From: Planctomycetota bacterium
GTDB taxonomy: Bacteria > Planctomycetota > B15-G4 > SIAN01
Reading direction: 5' to 3'
DNA: 64,000 bases
NCBI GenBank assembly: GCA_031409275.1
Contig: JANNXA010000045.1
Span: forward strand, 1 to 64,000
Each line of letters starts with the position of its first letter. Position 1 is the stretch's first letter. Shown here piece after piece: positions 22,031-31,237 of the stretch. Under the pieces are notes generated by a model. The model ran no database searches. It was given only the letters and a program-made list of their open reading frames with translations, and was not told where the DNA came from. Both the position numbers and the translations under genes were made by a program.

Positions 22031-22936
22031 ATGAGCTCCTGCTGCCGCTCGCTCCTCGTTGCTGCCGGGCTCGCCGCGATGATCGCGCCCGCCCATCACG
22101 TTCCGGCACAGGACGCGGCGCCCGCCGTCCGTGACGCGCGCGCCGCCGAGGCTCTCGGCTGGCGGCTCTCCACGCAGGCGTGGACCTTCCGCGATCGCAC
22201 GGCATTCGAGGTGGTCGACATCGCCGCGAAACTCGGACTCCACTTCGTCGAGTTCTTCCCCGGCCAATCGCTCTCACCCGATCAGCCCGACGTGAAGCTC
22301 GACCCCGACATGGGCGCGCCGGCGCTCGCGGCGTTCCAAGCCAAGCTGAAGGCGTCCGGCGTGAAGGCGGCGAGCTTCGGCGTCATTGGATTCAGCAAGG
22401 ATGAGGCGATCGGCCGCAGGCTCTTCGAGTTCGGCAAGGCGCTTGGCCTCGAGAACTTCTCCGCCGAGCCCGACCCCGACGCCTTCGACCTGCTGGAGAA
22501 GCTCGCCGACGAATACGAGATCAAGGTCGCGCTGCACAACCATCCGCAGCCGTCGCGCTACTGGAATCCTGACGTCGTGCTGCAGTCGGTGAAGGGGCGC
22601 AGCGCGCGACTCGGCTCCTGCAGCGACACCGGCCACTGGACGCGTTCGGCGCTGAAGCCGGTCGACTGCCTGAAGCAGCTCGAGGGGCGCGTGATCGAAC
22701 TGCACTTCAAGGACCTCGACGCGTTCGGCAAGCACGAAGCGCAGGACGTCCCGTGGGGCAGCGGCAAGAGCGACGCGATCGGCATCCTGCGCGAGTTGAA
22801 GCGCCAGGGTTTCCAAGGGCTGATCCACGTCGAGTACGAGACGGGGACGGGCCGCGAGCTCGAAGCGAACGTGGCCCGCTGCATCGCCTTCTTCGACGCG
22901 AGCGCGCGCACACTGCTCGCGGAAGCGGGCCGCTGA
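22031..22936 (+). CDS. Sugar phosphate isomerase/epimerase (AP endonuclease 2 TIM barrel), exported
   Basis: QAWTF, ALHNH, DTGHW, LHFKD, VPWGSG, HVEYE. Confidence 0.88.
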   Translation: MSSCCRSLLVAAGLAAMIAPAHHVPAQDAAPAVRDARAAEALGWRLSTQAWTFRDRTAFEVVDIAAKLGLHFVEFFPGQSLSPDQPDVKLDPDMGAPALAAFQAKLKASGVKAASFGVIGFSKDEAIGRRLFEFGKALGLENFSAEPDPDAFDLLEKLADEYEIKVALHNHPQPSRYWNPDVVLQSVKGRSARLGSCSDTGHWTRSALKPVDCLKQLEGRVIELHFKDLDAFGKHEAQDVPWGSGKSDAIGILRELKRQGFQGLIHVEYETGTGRELEANVARCIAFFDASARTLLAEAGR

Positions 22937-22944
22937 CGCCGACC

Positions 22945-23757
22945 GTGGAGCCGAGCGTCGAGCGCCTGGTCGCGGGCCCCTTCGCCCGCGCCGACCTCGA
23001 CACGCGGTTCGATCCGGCGCCGCGGCCGAGCAACCCGGCGCTCGACGCATGGATCGAGCTGCGTTGGCCGCAACTCTGCGCAGCGGCGCAGCGTGACGGC
23101 CGCGAGCTCTTCGACGGCGCGCTGCTGCGATTCGTCGGCGCGCGCGTCCACCACGGCGCGGCGGCGGCAGCGCCGTCACGGCGACGCCTCGATCTGCTCC
23201 TCGGTCCGGGTCGCTACCGCGATTTCGCGGCGACCAACCTCGACCCGGAGATGCTGCCAGCCGATCGCGGCGGCGTGCACCCGTGGTCCTGCTTCGGCAA
23301 CGCGCTGGGCAGTTCGGCGCTCGTCGCCACCGCCGACGGCCAGCTCGTGCTCGGCCGGCGCAGCGACCGGGTCTTCGGCTACCCCGGCTGGCTGCACGCC
23401 TTCGGCGGGATGCTCGAAGCCAGCGATGGAAGCGCCGATCGAATCGACCCATTCCGCGCCATCGAGCGCGAGCTGCGCGAGGAGCTCGGGATCGAGGTCG
23501 CGGAGCTGCGCACGCTCACGCTGCACGCCATCGTCCGTGAGCCGCGGCTGCACCAGCCCGAACTGCTGTTCCACGCCGAGATCGCGCTCTCGTTCGCCGA
23601 GCTCGAAGCGCGTTGGCGCCGCGCCGAATCGCGCGCCGAGCACGCGGCGCTGGTCGCGCTGCCATCGTCGCCCGGCGCGGCTCTTGCAGCGCTGGCAGCG
23701 CTGCCGCGCGTGAGTCCGATCGCGCGCGCCTGCCTCGACGAGGCGCTCGCCCGCTGA
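22945..23757 (+). CDS. NUDIX-family hydrolase
   Basis: GGMLE...AIERELREELGI Nudix box; start codon uncertain. Confidence 0.75.
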   Translation: MEPSVERLVAGPFARADLDTRFDPAPRPSNPALDAWIELRWPQLCAAAQRDGRELFDGALLRFVGARVHHGAAAAAPSRRRLDLLLGPGRYRDFAATNLDPEMLPADRGGVHPWSCFGNALGSSALVATADGQLVLGRRSDRVFGYPGWLHAFGGMLEASDGSADRIDPFRAIERELREELGIEVAELRTLTLHAIVREPRLHQPELLFHAEIALSFAELEARWRRAESRAEHAALVALPSSPGAALAALAALPRVSPIARACLDEALAR

Positions 23758-23922
23758 TCTCTCAGAGCGCCTAACAGAATGTCCGCTGCGTTCGACCGGC
23801 TGCGGCCACCCATGACTTCGTCGACCTCCATCGGCGACTCTTCAGAGTCGCCTGCTTCGGTCTGCTCGCCCTGGGCGGCCTCGCTCGGTCTCGGCGCGAC
23901 GCGTCCATTCTGTCAGGCGCTC

Positions 23923-24696
23923 TCAGCGACCGCCGGCGGGCGGCGGTGCGGGCGCGGGCGGCGGTGCGACGCGGAAGAAGAGGACGTGCTGCCACGGCAG
24001 TTCGTCGTATTCGCGCACCAGCTCGAAGCCGTTGTGGAGCAGCTCCTTCTTCACCTGCACCTTGGTCATCTTGTGCTCGAGCTTGATCGGTACTTCCGGG
24101 TCCTCGAGACGGAACTCGACCAGCACGATCTGACCGTCGGGCTTGAGCGCGCGCTTCAATCCCGCGAGCACTTCCGCGGGCCACGTGAGCTCGTGGTAGA
24201 CGTCGACGAGGAACGCCAGGTCGATCGACGCGTCCGGCAACTTCGGATCCTGCTCGGTGCACAACACCGGAACGACGACCTCGCCCACGTCATGGCGCTT
24301 CGCCTCGATCGCCAGCAGTTCGAGCATCTGCGGCTGCAGATCGACCGCGTAGACCCGCCCCTTGGCCCCGACCCGCTTCGCGAGCGGGAAGGTGTAGAAG
24401 CCATTGCCGCAGCCGAAGTCGGCGACGCTCGCCCCCTCCTTCAATTCGAGCGCTGCCAGCAACTTGCTGCAGCCCTCCTCTTTCTCGCGCGTGATGCGCA
24501 TCAGCCACGGGCCGCCCTCGTAGCTCATGAACGGCGCGATCGGTCGCCCCATGTAGCTCTTGGGTCGCTCGGTCACCGCCGGCGGAGCCACCGGCGGCGC
24601 AACCGGCGGCGACTCCTGCGCGGCACGCGCGACCGCGATCAGCGCGATCGTGGCCAACAGCAGGCGGGCGCTGCGCGTTGTCGAGGCGTGCGTCAT
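23923..24696 (-). CDS. Class I SAM-dependent methyltransferase with signal peptide
   Basis: VADFGCGNG, AVDLQ, VDVYHE, LKPDG; N-terminal signal peptide. Confidence 0.9.
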   Translation of the reverse strand: MTHASTTRSARLLLATIALIAVARAAQESPPVAPPVAPPAVTERPKSYMGRPIAPFMSYEGGPWLMRITREKEEGCSKLLAALELKEGASVADFGCGNGFYTFPLAKRVGAKGRVYAVDLQPQMLELLAIEAKRHDVGEVVVPVLCTEQDPKLPDASIDLAFLVDVYHELTWPAEVLAGLKRALKPDGQIVLVEFRLEDPEVPIKLEHKMTKVQVKKELLHNGFELVREYDELPWQHVLFFRVAPPPAPAPPPAGGR

Positions 24697-25508
24697 CGAC
24701 GACCTCCACTCATCTTCCCCGTCGAGCGACGCAAGGTGGTCGCGCGCCGGTTCCGAAACAGGAGCGAGGCGAGGTCGCTCACGATCGATCCGAGCGCGGC
24801 CGCGAGATCGAACGGCTTCGCCAGGCCCAAAACCGACTCGATCGGAAACGGGCCGGGCGCCACGCGTGCTTCACGAACGTCGCGTGCCTGCGCGCGCAGG
24901 ATGAGTTCCCGCCCGCCATCGCGTAGGAAGGCGAGCACCTGCGCAAGTTCGTCAGGATCGAACCACAGCCCGTGTTTCACGCAGACGTCGACGACGATTC
25001 CCGAGACGCCGCCCCAATTGCGCCGCAACATGCGTTCGCCGCAGTCGGGACACGGCAGGTAGCGAACCTCCGCCTCGAGTCGCACTGCACGCGTCCGCGG
25101 CGTCCCGCGCATCGCGACGCTCGCCGCGCCCGCCGCCTCGGAGCGGTTGCAGAAGTGGTCGAAGACGGCCGGGGAGAGCCAGACGCCCTGGCAGCCGGCG
25201 CACTCGATCAGCGTGCCGCCGCCCTGCCCGAGGCCGAGGTCGCGTCGCCGCAGCGTCCCGTCGCACCGCGGGCAGCCGCGCTGCGACGGCAACGGCGTGA
25301 TCGACTGCTCCGGGACGGCGCCGCCGCACCCCGCGCAATAGCGGGCGAGTCGCGCCATGCGCGCGCCGCAGCCGGTGCAGACGCGGTCGAGTTCGCGCGG
25401 ATGCGGGACGATCGGCGCCGCGCAGTGGTCGCATCGCTTCGCGGCGGCCGCGACCGGTGCCCCGCACGCCGAGCAGTGGAGCACCGTCACCTCGAGCCTT
25501 CGCCCCAT
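24693..25508 (-). CDS. Multi-zinc-ribbon protein (double zinc ribbon plus two zf-TFIIB-like domains)
   Basis: CxxC pairs; CPRC...C..CQGVWL and CPDC...DVC.KHGLWFD.DEL; ATGA overlap with the methyltransferase gene. Confidence 0.8.
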   Translation of the reverse strand: MGRRLEVTVLHCSACGAPVAAAAKRCDHCAAPIVPHPRELDRVCTGCGARMARLARYCAGCGGAVPEQSITPLPSQRGCPRCDGTLRRRDLGLGQGGGTLIECAGCQGVWLSPAVFDHFCNRSEAAGAASVAMRGTPRTRAVRLEAEVRYLPCPDCGERMLRRNWGGVSGIVVDVCVKHGLWFDPDELAQVLAFLRDGGRELILRAQARDVREARVAPGPFPIESVLGLAKPFDLAAALGSIVSDLASLLFRNRRATTLRRSTGKMSGGRR

Positions 25509-25550
25509 CACGCCCCTCCCAAGGTGGCGGCGCATCGTATCGTGCATGCC

Positions 25551-27488
25551 ATGTCGCCTCGCCGCCCGCTCCCCCTTCTCGCTGCGACTCGCACGGCCGC
25601 ATTCTCGGCCGCGGCGCTGCTCGCGCTTGTGGCTTGCAGCGATTCGCCCGGCGCGCCCGCGGCCGGCGCCTTCGCGCCGTCGACCGCTCCCGCGCGGTCC
25701 GCCAACGTCGCCGAACCTTGGCGACCCAACGTGCTGGTGGTCACGCTCGACACGACGCGCGCCGACGCGCTCGGCTGCTACGGAGCAAAGCACGGCCTGA
25801 CGCCGACGCTCGACGCGCTGGCCGCGCGCGGCATTCGATTCGACGCCGCGCGCGCACCCACGCCGGTCACGATGCCGTCGCACGCGACGATCTTCACCGG
25901 CAACTACCCGTTCCAGCATGGCGTCCGCGACAACGGGACCTTCGTGCTCGGCGACGAAGCCTTCACGCTGGCCGAGCGGCTGCGCGCGGCGGGCTACGCC
26001 ACCGCCGCGATCCCCGCCGCGTTCGTGGTCGACTCCTCGTTCGGCCTCGCGCAAGGCTTCGAGACCTACGACGAGCTCTCCTCCACCCGCACGGCCACCG
26101 GCGGTGAAGGCGAAGAGCGGACCGCCGCCGTCGTCGTCGCGCGCGCGAAGGCGTTCCTCGCCGCGCACGATCGCAAGCGCCCCTTCTTCCTCTGGACCCA
26201 CTTCTTCGACGCCCACTTCCCCTATGCGCCGCCGGCCGCGCTGCTGGCCGCCCATCCCTTCGCCGACGACCCGTCGAAGAGGGGGAACGCACGCGCGAAG
26301 CAGCGCCACCTCTACCAGCTCGAGCTCGCCCACATCGACACGCAGCTCGCCGAGCTGCTCGCCGCGCTGCAGCCCTTCGGCGGCGCCGAAGAGACGTTGA
26401 TCGTCGTGGTCGGCGACCACGGCGAGGGGCTCGGCGACCATGGCGAGGCGTCGCACGCCACCTTCGTCTACGACTCGACGCTCCGCATCCCGCTCTGGTT
26501 CGCGCACGCCCGGCTGCCGCACGGCCGCGTCGTCGAGGACGCCGTTTCGGCGGTCGACGTGACGCCGACGTTGCTCGCGCTGCTGGGTCTGCCTGCGGAT
26601 GGAACCTACGGCGCGTCGCTGGTTCCTTCCTTCACCGGCGAACCGATCGCCACCGCGCGGGCGCTCTACTTCGAGAACTGCTCGACCTGGTTCACGTCCG
26701 GTTGGGCGCCGCTGTACGGCGTCATCGCCGGCCGCTGGAAAACGATCGTCGGACCGCAGACGCGCTTGTTCGACCTCGTCGCGGATCCAGGCGAGAAGGT
26801 CGACCTCGCCGACGCTCATCCCGAGATCGTCGAGCAGGCGCGCGCGCAGCTCGCCGACTACGCCGAGCAGACGCTCGCCTCCGCGCGCCATGAACCCGAT
26901 CCCGCCGAACTCGAGGCGCTGCAACGACTCGGCTACGTCCAGAGCAGCGAATCAGCGCGCCGCGGCGGCAGCGTGCCGCCGGGCTGGCAACCCGACGAGG
27001 CGCTCACTCCGGAGCAAGGGCTCGCCAACCAGAAGCGCTTCTCGCAGGCCAACCAGCTGTGGCAGCAGGGGAAACGCGACACCGCCATCGAGCAGCTGCT
27101 CGAGCTGGCGCGCGAGGAACCGGCGAACGCCCACTACGCGGAGATCGCCGCCGCGCTGCTCTTCGAACTCGGACGCGCCCGCGAAGCGCTGCCGCTCGTC
27201 GAGCGCGCCGTGCGGCTCGCCGAGAACATCGGCAACCGGACCACGCTCGCCGCCTGCCTCATGGCCATCGGACGACGCGACGATTCGCTGGAGGCGCTTC
27301 GCGTGACCGTCGAACGCTTCCCGCGCGTGGCCGCCGCCCGCTTCAGTTACGCGCGCGCGCTGCTCGACGGCGGGCGCCGCGACGAGGCGCTCGTGGCTCT
27401 CGCGCCGCTCGAGACGCAGCTTCCGCCCGACTCTCCGCTCCGCGCCCAACTGCAGGAGCTCCTCGCGCGGGCGCGCGGCGGCCGTTGA
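25551..27488 (+). CDS. Sulfatase-like hydrolase with C-terminal TPRs, lipoprotein
   Basis: LVAC lipobox, NVLVVTLDTTRAD, TMPSHATIFTG, FDAH, GDHGE, LGY, then TPRs. Confidence 0.88.
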   Translation: MSPRRPLPLLAATRTAAFSAAALLALVACSDSPGAPAAGAFAPSTAPARSANVAEPWRPNVLVVTLDTTRADALGCYGAKHGLTPTLDALAARGIRFDAARAPTPVTMPSHATIFTGNYPFQHGVRDNGTFVLGDEAFTLAERLRAAGYATAAIPAAFVVDSSFGLAQGFETYDELSSTRTATGGEGEERTAAVVVARAKAFLAAHDRKRPFFLWTHFFDAHFPYAPPAALLAAHPFADDPSKRGNARAKQRHLYQLELAHIDTQLAELLAALQPFGGAEETLIVVVGDHGEGLGDHGEASHATFVYDSTLRIPLWFAHARLPHGRVVEDAVSAVDVTPTLLALLGLPADGTYGASLVPSFTGEPIATARALYFENCSTWFTSGWAPLYGVIAGRWKTIVGPQTRLFDLVADPGEKVDLADAHPEIVEQARAQLADYAEQTLASARHEPDPAELEALQRLGYVQSSESARRGGSVPPGWQPDEALTPEQGLANQKRFSQANQLWQQGKRDTAIEQLLELAREEPANAHYAEIAAALLFELGRAREALPLVERAVRLAENIGNRTTLAACLMAIGRRDDSLEALRVTVERFPRVAAARFSYARALLDGGRRDEALVALAPLETQLPPDSPLRAQLQELLARARGGR

Positions 27489-27509
27489 GCCGGCCGCGCG
27501 CCGTCTCAC

Positions 27510-28430
27510 TCACGTGGCGAGCAGATCGAGGACCGCCTTGGGCACTTCGTAGCTCGAAGCTCCGAAGTCGTGGAGCCGATAGCGGGTGATGCGCGTCGAA
27601 TCACCGCGCTTGGGCGTCTTCACCACCGTGAGGATCGTGAGCGTGTCGATGCGCGCGTCGGTCAGCGTCAGCTCGACCGTGACCGTCACGTCGGCGTTGC
27701 CACCGCCGGCGCGTCCCACCTGCGCTGACATCTTGCGCAGCCGATCGACGCCGGCGAATTCGTCCGCGAGCTTCTGCTCGAGCGTGCCTCGCCACGTCGC
27801 CCTGCCGTCGACTTCGACCTGCTCGATCGACGTGAAGCCGCCGGCCTGCAGACGTGCCAGCAGCTCGTGCGGCGGGCGCGTGGAGGCGAGCTGCATCAGG
27901 TTGCGCTTGAGCATCATCCCGCTCATCGGCGTGCCGCCGCCCATCATCGCGCCGCCCGCCGTTCCGCGCGGCGCGCTCGGCGCCTCGTCATCACCCCCGC
28001 TCGCTCGCGGAACCAGTGCCTCGCTGTCGTCGAAGCGCTCCCACAGCGCGGTGGCGCTCTCGCCGCGCCGATAGACCAGCTGATCGTCGAGGCAAAATCC
28101 GGTGAGGCCGCCGTTCTTCAGCTCCGTTGGCGCGCCCGCTTGCCAGCGCCCTTCGAACCTGGTGGCCTCGCGAGCGCCGATGCGCCGCTTCTCGCCCTCG
28201 ACCGGAGCGCCGCCACCCTTGTTCTCGTTGGCGCAGCTGAAGGCGTAGTTCTTCGCTGCGAGAGTGGCCTGGAATGCCGCCAGCAGTTCGGGGCTCAACG
28301 CGACCGGGGCGCGAATCGCGGCCGGCACAGCGGGAGCCTCCTGGCTTTGCGGTGCCTCCTGCGACGCGGCTCGCGCCAGGTTCGCCGCGGCGATCGTCAA
28401 CCACCCCACCGTCGTCAGCCATCGCTTCAT
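27510..28430 (-). CDS. Exported hypothetical protein
   Basis: GGAGG RBS, signal peptide MKRWLTTVGWL; lies directly downstream of the rhamnose isomerase gene. Confidence 0.65.
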   Translation of the reverse strand: MKRWLTTVGWLTIAAANLARAASQEAPQSQEAPAVPAAIRAPVALSPELLAAFQATLAAKNYAFSCANENKGGGAPVEGEKRRIGAREATRFEGRWQAGAPTELKNGGLTGFCLDDQLVYRRGESATALWERFDDSEALVPRASGGDDEAPSAPRGTAGGAMMGGGTPMSGMMLKRNLMQLASTRPPHELLARLQAGGFTSIEQVEVDGRATWRGTLEQKLADEFAGVDRLRKMSAQVGRAGGGNADVTVTVELTLTDARIDTLTILTVVKTPKRGDSTRITRYRLHDFGASSYEVPKAVLDLLAT

Positions 28431-28449
28431 CGTCATTCCTCCGTCAGGT

Positions 28450-29751
28450 TCAGCCCACGATGCCGCCGGCCGTCGCTCGCCGCGCCACCGGTCGCCGTGC
28501 CGCGCAGGTCGCGCGCCATCCGGCCTCACGCACCACCGCCAGCGGATCGATCGCGCCACCGGCGCGTCGACGCGCCTGCGCGAGGATCGGCCGAACATCG
28601 GTCTCGAATGCCTCCTTCAGCGTCTGCAGCGCCATCAGCGCGTCGTTCTGCGCCTGGCACTGCGCGAGCTTCGCGCGATCGACCAGCCACGCCTTCACGA
28701 ACCCGCGCTGCAGTTCCACCGCGCTGACGATCAACGACTCGATCGGATCGGTGACGTTGTGCGACTGGTCGAGCAGGTAGGCCGGCGCGAAGCCCGGCAC
28801 CTGCTCCACCGCCGCGCTCACCAGTTCGTGGAAGATCAGGAAGAGCTGGAACGGCTTGATCGATCCGGCGTCGAGGTCGTCGTCGCCGTACTTGCTGTCG
28901 TTGAAGTGGAAGCCGCCGAGCTTCCCGAACTGCACCAGGCGCGCGACGATCAGCTCGATGTTCACGTTCGGAGCGTGGTGGCCGAGATCGACCAGGCAAC
29001 TGCATTGCGAGCCGATCGCCTGCGCGGCCGCGTAGCTCGTGCCCCAATCCTGGTTCACGGTCGAATAGAAGGCGGGCTCGCACAGCTTGTGCTCGAGGTA
29101 CATGCGCCAGTCGGCCGGCAGCGAAGCCGCGATCGCGCGCAGGCTCTCGACGTAGCGGTCGAACGCGCGGCGCAGGTGGAGCTGGCCCGGGAAGTTGCCG
29201 CCGTCGCCGATCCAGACGGTGAGCGCCTTGCTGCCAAGCGCCCGCCCGAGGTCGATGCACTCGACATTCTGAGCGATCGCCTGCGCGCGCACCTCGGCGT
29301 CGACATGGGTCAGGCTGCCGAACTTGTAGGAACGCTGGCCGGGCGTGTGATCCTCGAACGTGTTCGAGTTCATCGCGTCGAAGGTGAGCTCGAGTTGCGC
29401 GGCGTGTCGACGCAGCGCCGCCGGATCGGCCGGCCGATCCCACGGCACATGCAGCGAAACCGACGGTGTCGCGCGCGTCAGTTGATGGACGACCGCGCAA
29501 TCTTCGAGCTTCTCGAAGATGTCGCGCGGCTCGCCGGGTTGCGGGAAGCGTCCGAAACGGGTGCCGCCCGTGCCCACTCCCCACGACGGCAAGGCCACCG
29601 CGAAGCGCTGCGCCTGCGCCGTGAGCAACTCGATGTCGACGCCGCGGCGCGCGAGACGAGCTCCGAGCTCGGCGTAATCGCGCTCGAGGTCCTCGGCCAG
29701 AGCTGCGTTGGCCGACTCGATCCGTTCGACCTCGATGCCCGCGCGCGCCAT
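28450..29751 (-). CDS. rhaI: L-rhamnose isomerase (RhaI, P. stutzeri-type)
   Basis: PSWGVGTGGTRF, SLHVPWD, NSNTF, VWIGDG, EHK..EP, DLGHH, HFNDSKYGDDDLD, DQSHN. Confidence 0.88.
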   Translation of the reverse strand: MARAGIEVERIESANAALAEDLERDYAELGARLARRGVDIELLTAQAQRFAVALPSWGVGTGGTRFGRFPQPGEPRDIFEKLEDCAVVHQLTRATPSVSLHVPWDRPADPAALRRHAAQLELTFDAMNSNTFEDHTPGQRSYKFGSLTHVDAEVRAQAIAQNVECIDLGRALGSKALTVWIGDGGNFPGQLHLRRAFDRYVESLRAIAASLPADWRMYLEHKLCEPAFYSTVNQDWGTSYAAAQAIGSQCSCLVDLGHHAPNVNIELIVARLVQFGKLGGFHFNDSKYGDDDLDAGSIKPFQLFLIFHELVSAAVEQVPGFAPAYLLDQSHNVTDPIESLIVSAVELQRGFVKAWLVDRAKLAQCQAQNDALMALQTLKEAFETDVRPILAQARRRAGGAIDPLAVVREAGWRATCAARRPVARRATAGGIVG

Positions 29752-29859
29752 CGCCTCGCTCCCGCGCCCCTGCTCTCCGCGGTCGGCTCGACCGCCCTGG
29801 AACCGGTGTGAGCGTAGCGGCCGCTTGCGTCCGTGCGGTGGTTCTCCGACGATCGAGCC

Positions 29860-31083
29860 ATGCCCGCGAGAAAACTGCCGACTGCCAAGCGCCCCCCGCT
29901 GCCAGCGTTCGCCGCGCTGCTGCTGCTGGCGAGCGGCGATGAACGGGCGACCACCCAGAAGCTCCTCGCCGACGGGCGCTACGCCGAAGCGCGCGTGGCG
30001 CTCGAGCGCGCGGTGGCGGCGGCGCCGGAGGACGTCGAACTGCGCTGCCTGCTCGCCTTCGCGCAAGTGAGCCTCGGCGACGCCGACGCCGCGCTGGCCA
30101 GCGCCGCCGCCGCCGAAGCGCGCGCACCGCAGCTGGCGGCCCCCTGCTACCACCGCGGCCGCGCGCAGTTGCAGAAGCTCGACTTCGCCGCGGCCGACGC
30201 CGCGTTCGACGCGGCGCGCGCGCGGGATCCTGCGTTCTTCGCGGAATGGCGCTCCCACTTCCAGGCGCTCGCGGCGCTGGGTCGCGGCGACGAGGTACGC
30301 GCACGCGAGCTCTACGCTCAATCGCCCGAAGCGCGCGCCCCCTGGGCCGACCCGGCGTTCCTCTTCGAGCGCATGGGCATGCTCCATCCGATCGTGCCCG
30401 AACCGGCGCCGGCGCGCGGCTGGTATCGCCGCGCCGCCGACCTCTACTTCCACGGCACGCTCGACGCGCCGCGCCCCCCGCCGGAAGCGATCGAGCTGGC
30501 GCCGCCGGTGCGCGGCGAGTGGCGCGTCGTCCAGGGCAACTTCGGTGACGAATCGCACTTCGGCATCGCCGGCTCGTTCTGCTTCGACCTGATGAAAGTC
30601 GAACGCGGCCAGCTGCAGCCGTCGCCAACGAGCGATCGCGAGAGCCACTACACGTGGGACGCGCCGCTCTTCGCTCCTGCCGCGGGGCGCATCGTCCGGG
30701 CGGTCGGCGACCTCGAAGATCAACGAGCGCACGCCGGCGACCTGACGCCGCTCGCCGCGTTGGCGATCAAAACGCAGCCGCTTGGCAACCACCTCGTGAT
30801 CGAACTGGGGCCGGACCGATTCCTGCTGCTCGCGCACCTCAAGCGCGGCTCATTGAGCGTGAAGGTCGGCGAGCGTGTGACCACCGGCGCACGCCTCGCC
30901 ACGATCGGTCAAAGCGGCGTGAGCTACGCGCCCCACCTGCACACGACGCTCTGGCGCTCGTTCGACCCGCCGATCGGAGTGCCGTGGCGATTCGCTGGCG
31001 CCGCGCGGCGCACGCTCGAAGGGATGCTCGAGCGCGGTGCCGCGTTCACGCCGGTCGTCGGTGAAGCGATCGTTTTTCCGTAG
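29860..31083 (+). CDS. TPR plus M23-family peptidase
   Basis: N-terminal TPRs; SH...FDL, GNHLVI, AHL..GS, IGQSG.S..PHLH. Confidence 0.82.
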   Translation: MPARKLPTAKRPPLPAFAALLLLASGDERATTQKLLADGRYAEARVALERAVAAAPEDVELRCLLAFAQVSLGDADAALASAAAAEARAPQLAAPCYHRGRAQLQKLDFAAADAAFDAARARDPAFFAEWRSHFQALAALGRGDEVRARELYAQSPEARAPWADPAFLFERMGMLHPIVPEPAPARGWYRRAADLYFHGTLDAPRPPPEAIELAPPVRGEWRVVQGNFGDESHFGIAGSFCFDLMKVERGQLQPSPTSDRESHYTWDAPLFAPAAGRIVRAVGDLEDQRAHAGDLTPLAALAIKTQPLGNHLVIELGPDRFLLLAHLKRGSLSVKVGERVTTGARLATIGQSGVSYAPHLHTTLWRSFDPPIGVPWRFAGAARRTLEGMLERGAAFTPVVGEAIVFP

Positions 31084-31087
31084 CCTC

Positions 31088-31122
31088 ATCCGTCGAATGG
31101 ACGCGAGGTCCAATCCTCGGAC
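31088..31122. promoter_or_regulatory. Candidate tandem enhancer (bEBP) sites
   Basis: ATCCG-N5-TGGAC (31088-31102) and GTCCA-N5-CGGAC (31108-31122), 20 bp apart, upstream of a sigma54 promoter. Confidence 0.5.
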
Positions 31123-31162
31123 TCGGCGACCGTTCGCTCGACGTTCGCGCCATCCGCGGGTA

Positions 31163-31178
31163 CGGCACTGCCGTTGCA
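31163..31178 (+). promoter_or_regulatory. Sigma54 (-24/-12) promoter
   Basis: CGGCACTGCCGTTGCA has exact GG-N10-GC spacing and lies 60 bp upstream of the ATG at 31238. Confidence 0.78.
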
Positions 31179-31237
31179 CGGCACCGGCGTCGTGGAAACT
31201 CGCGCTCGCCTCGGGCGCTCCGCGCAGGAGATCGCTG

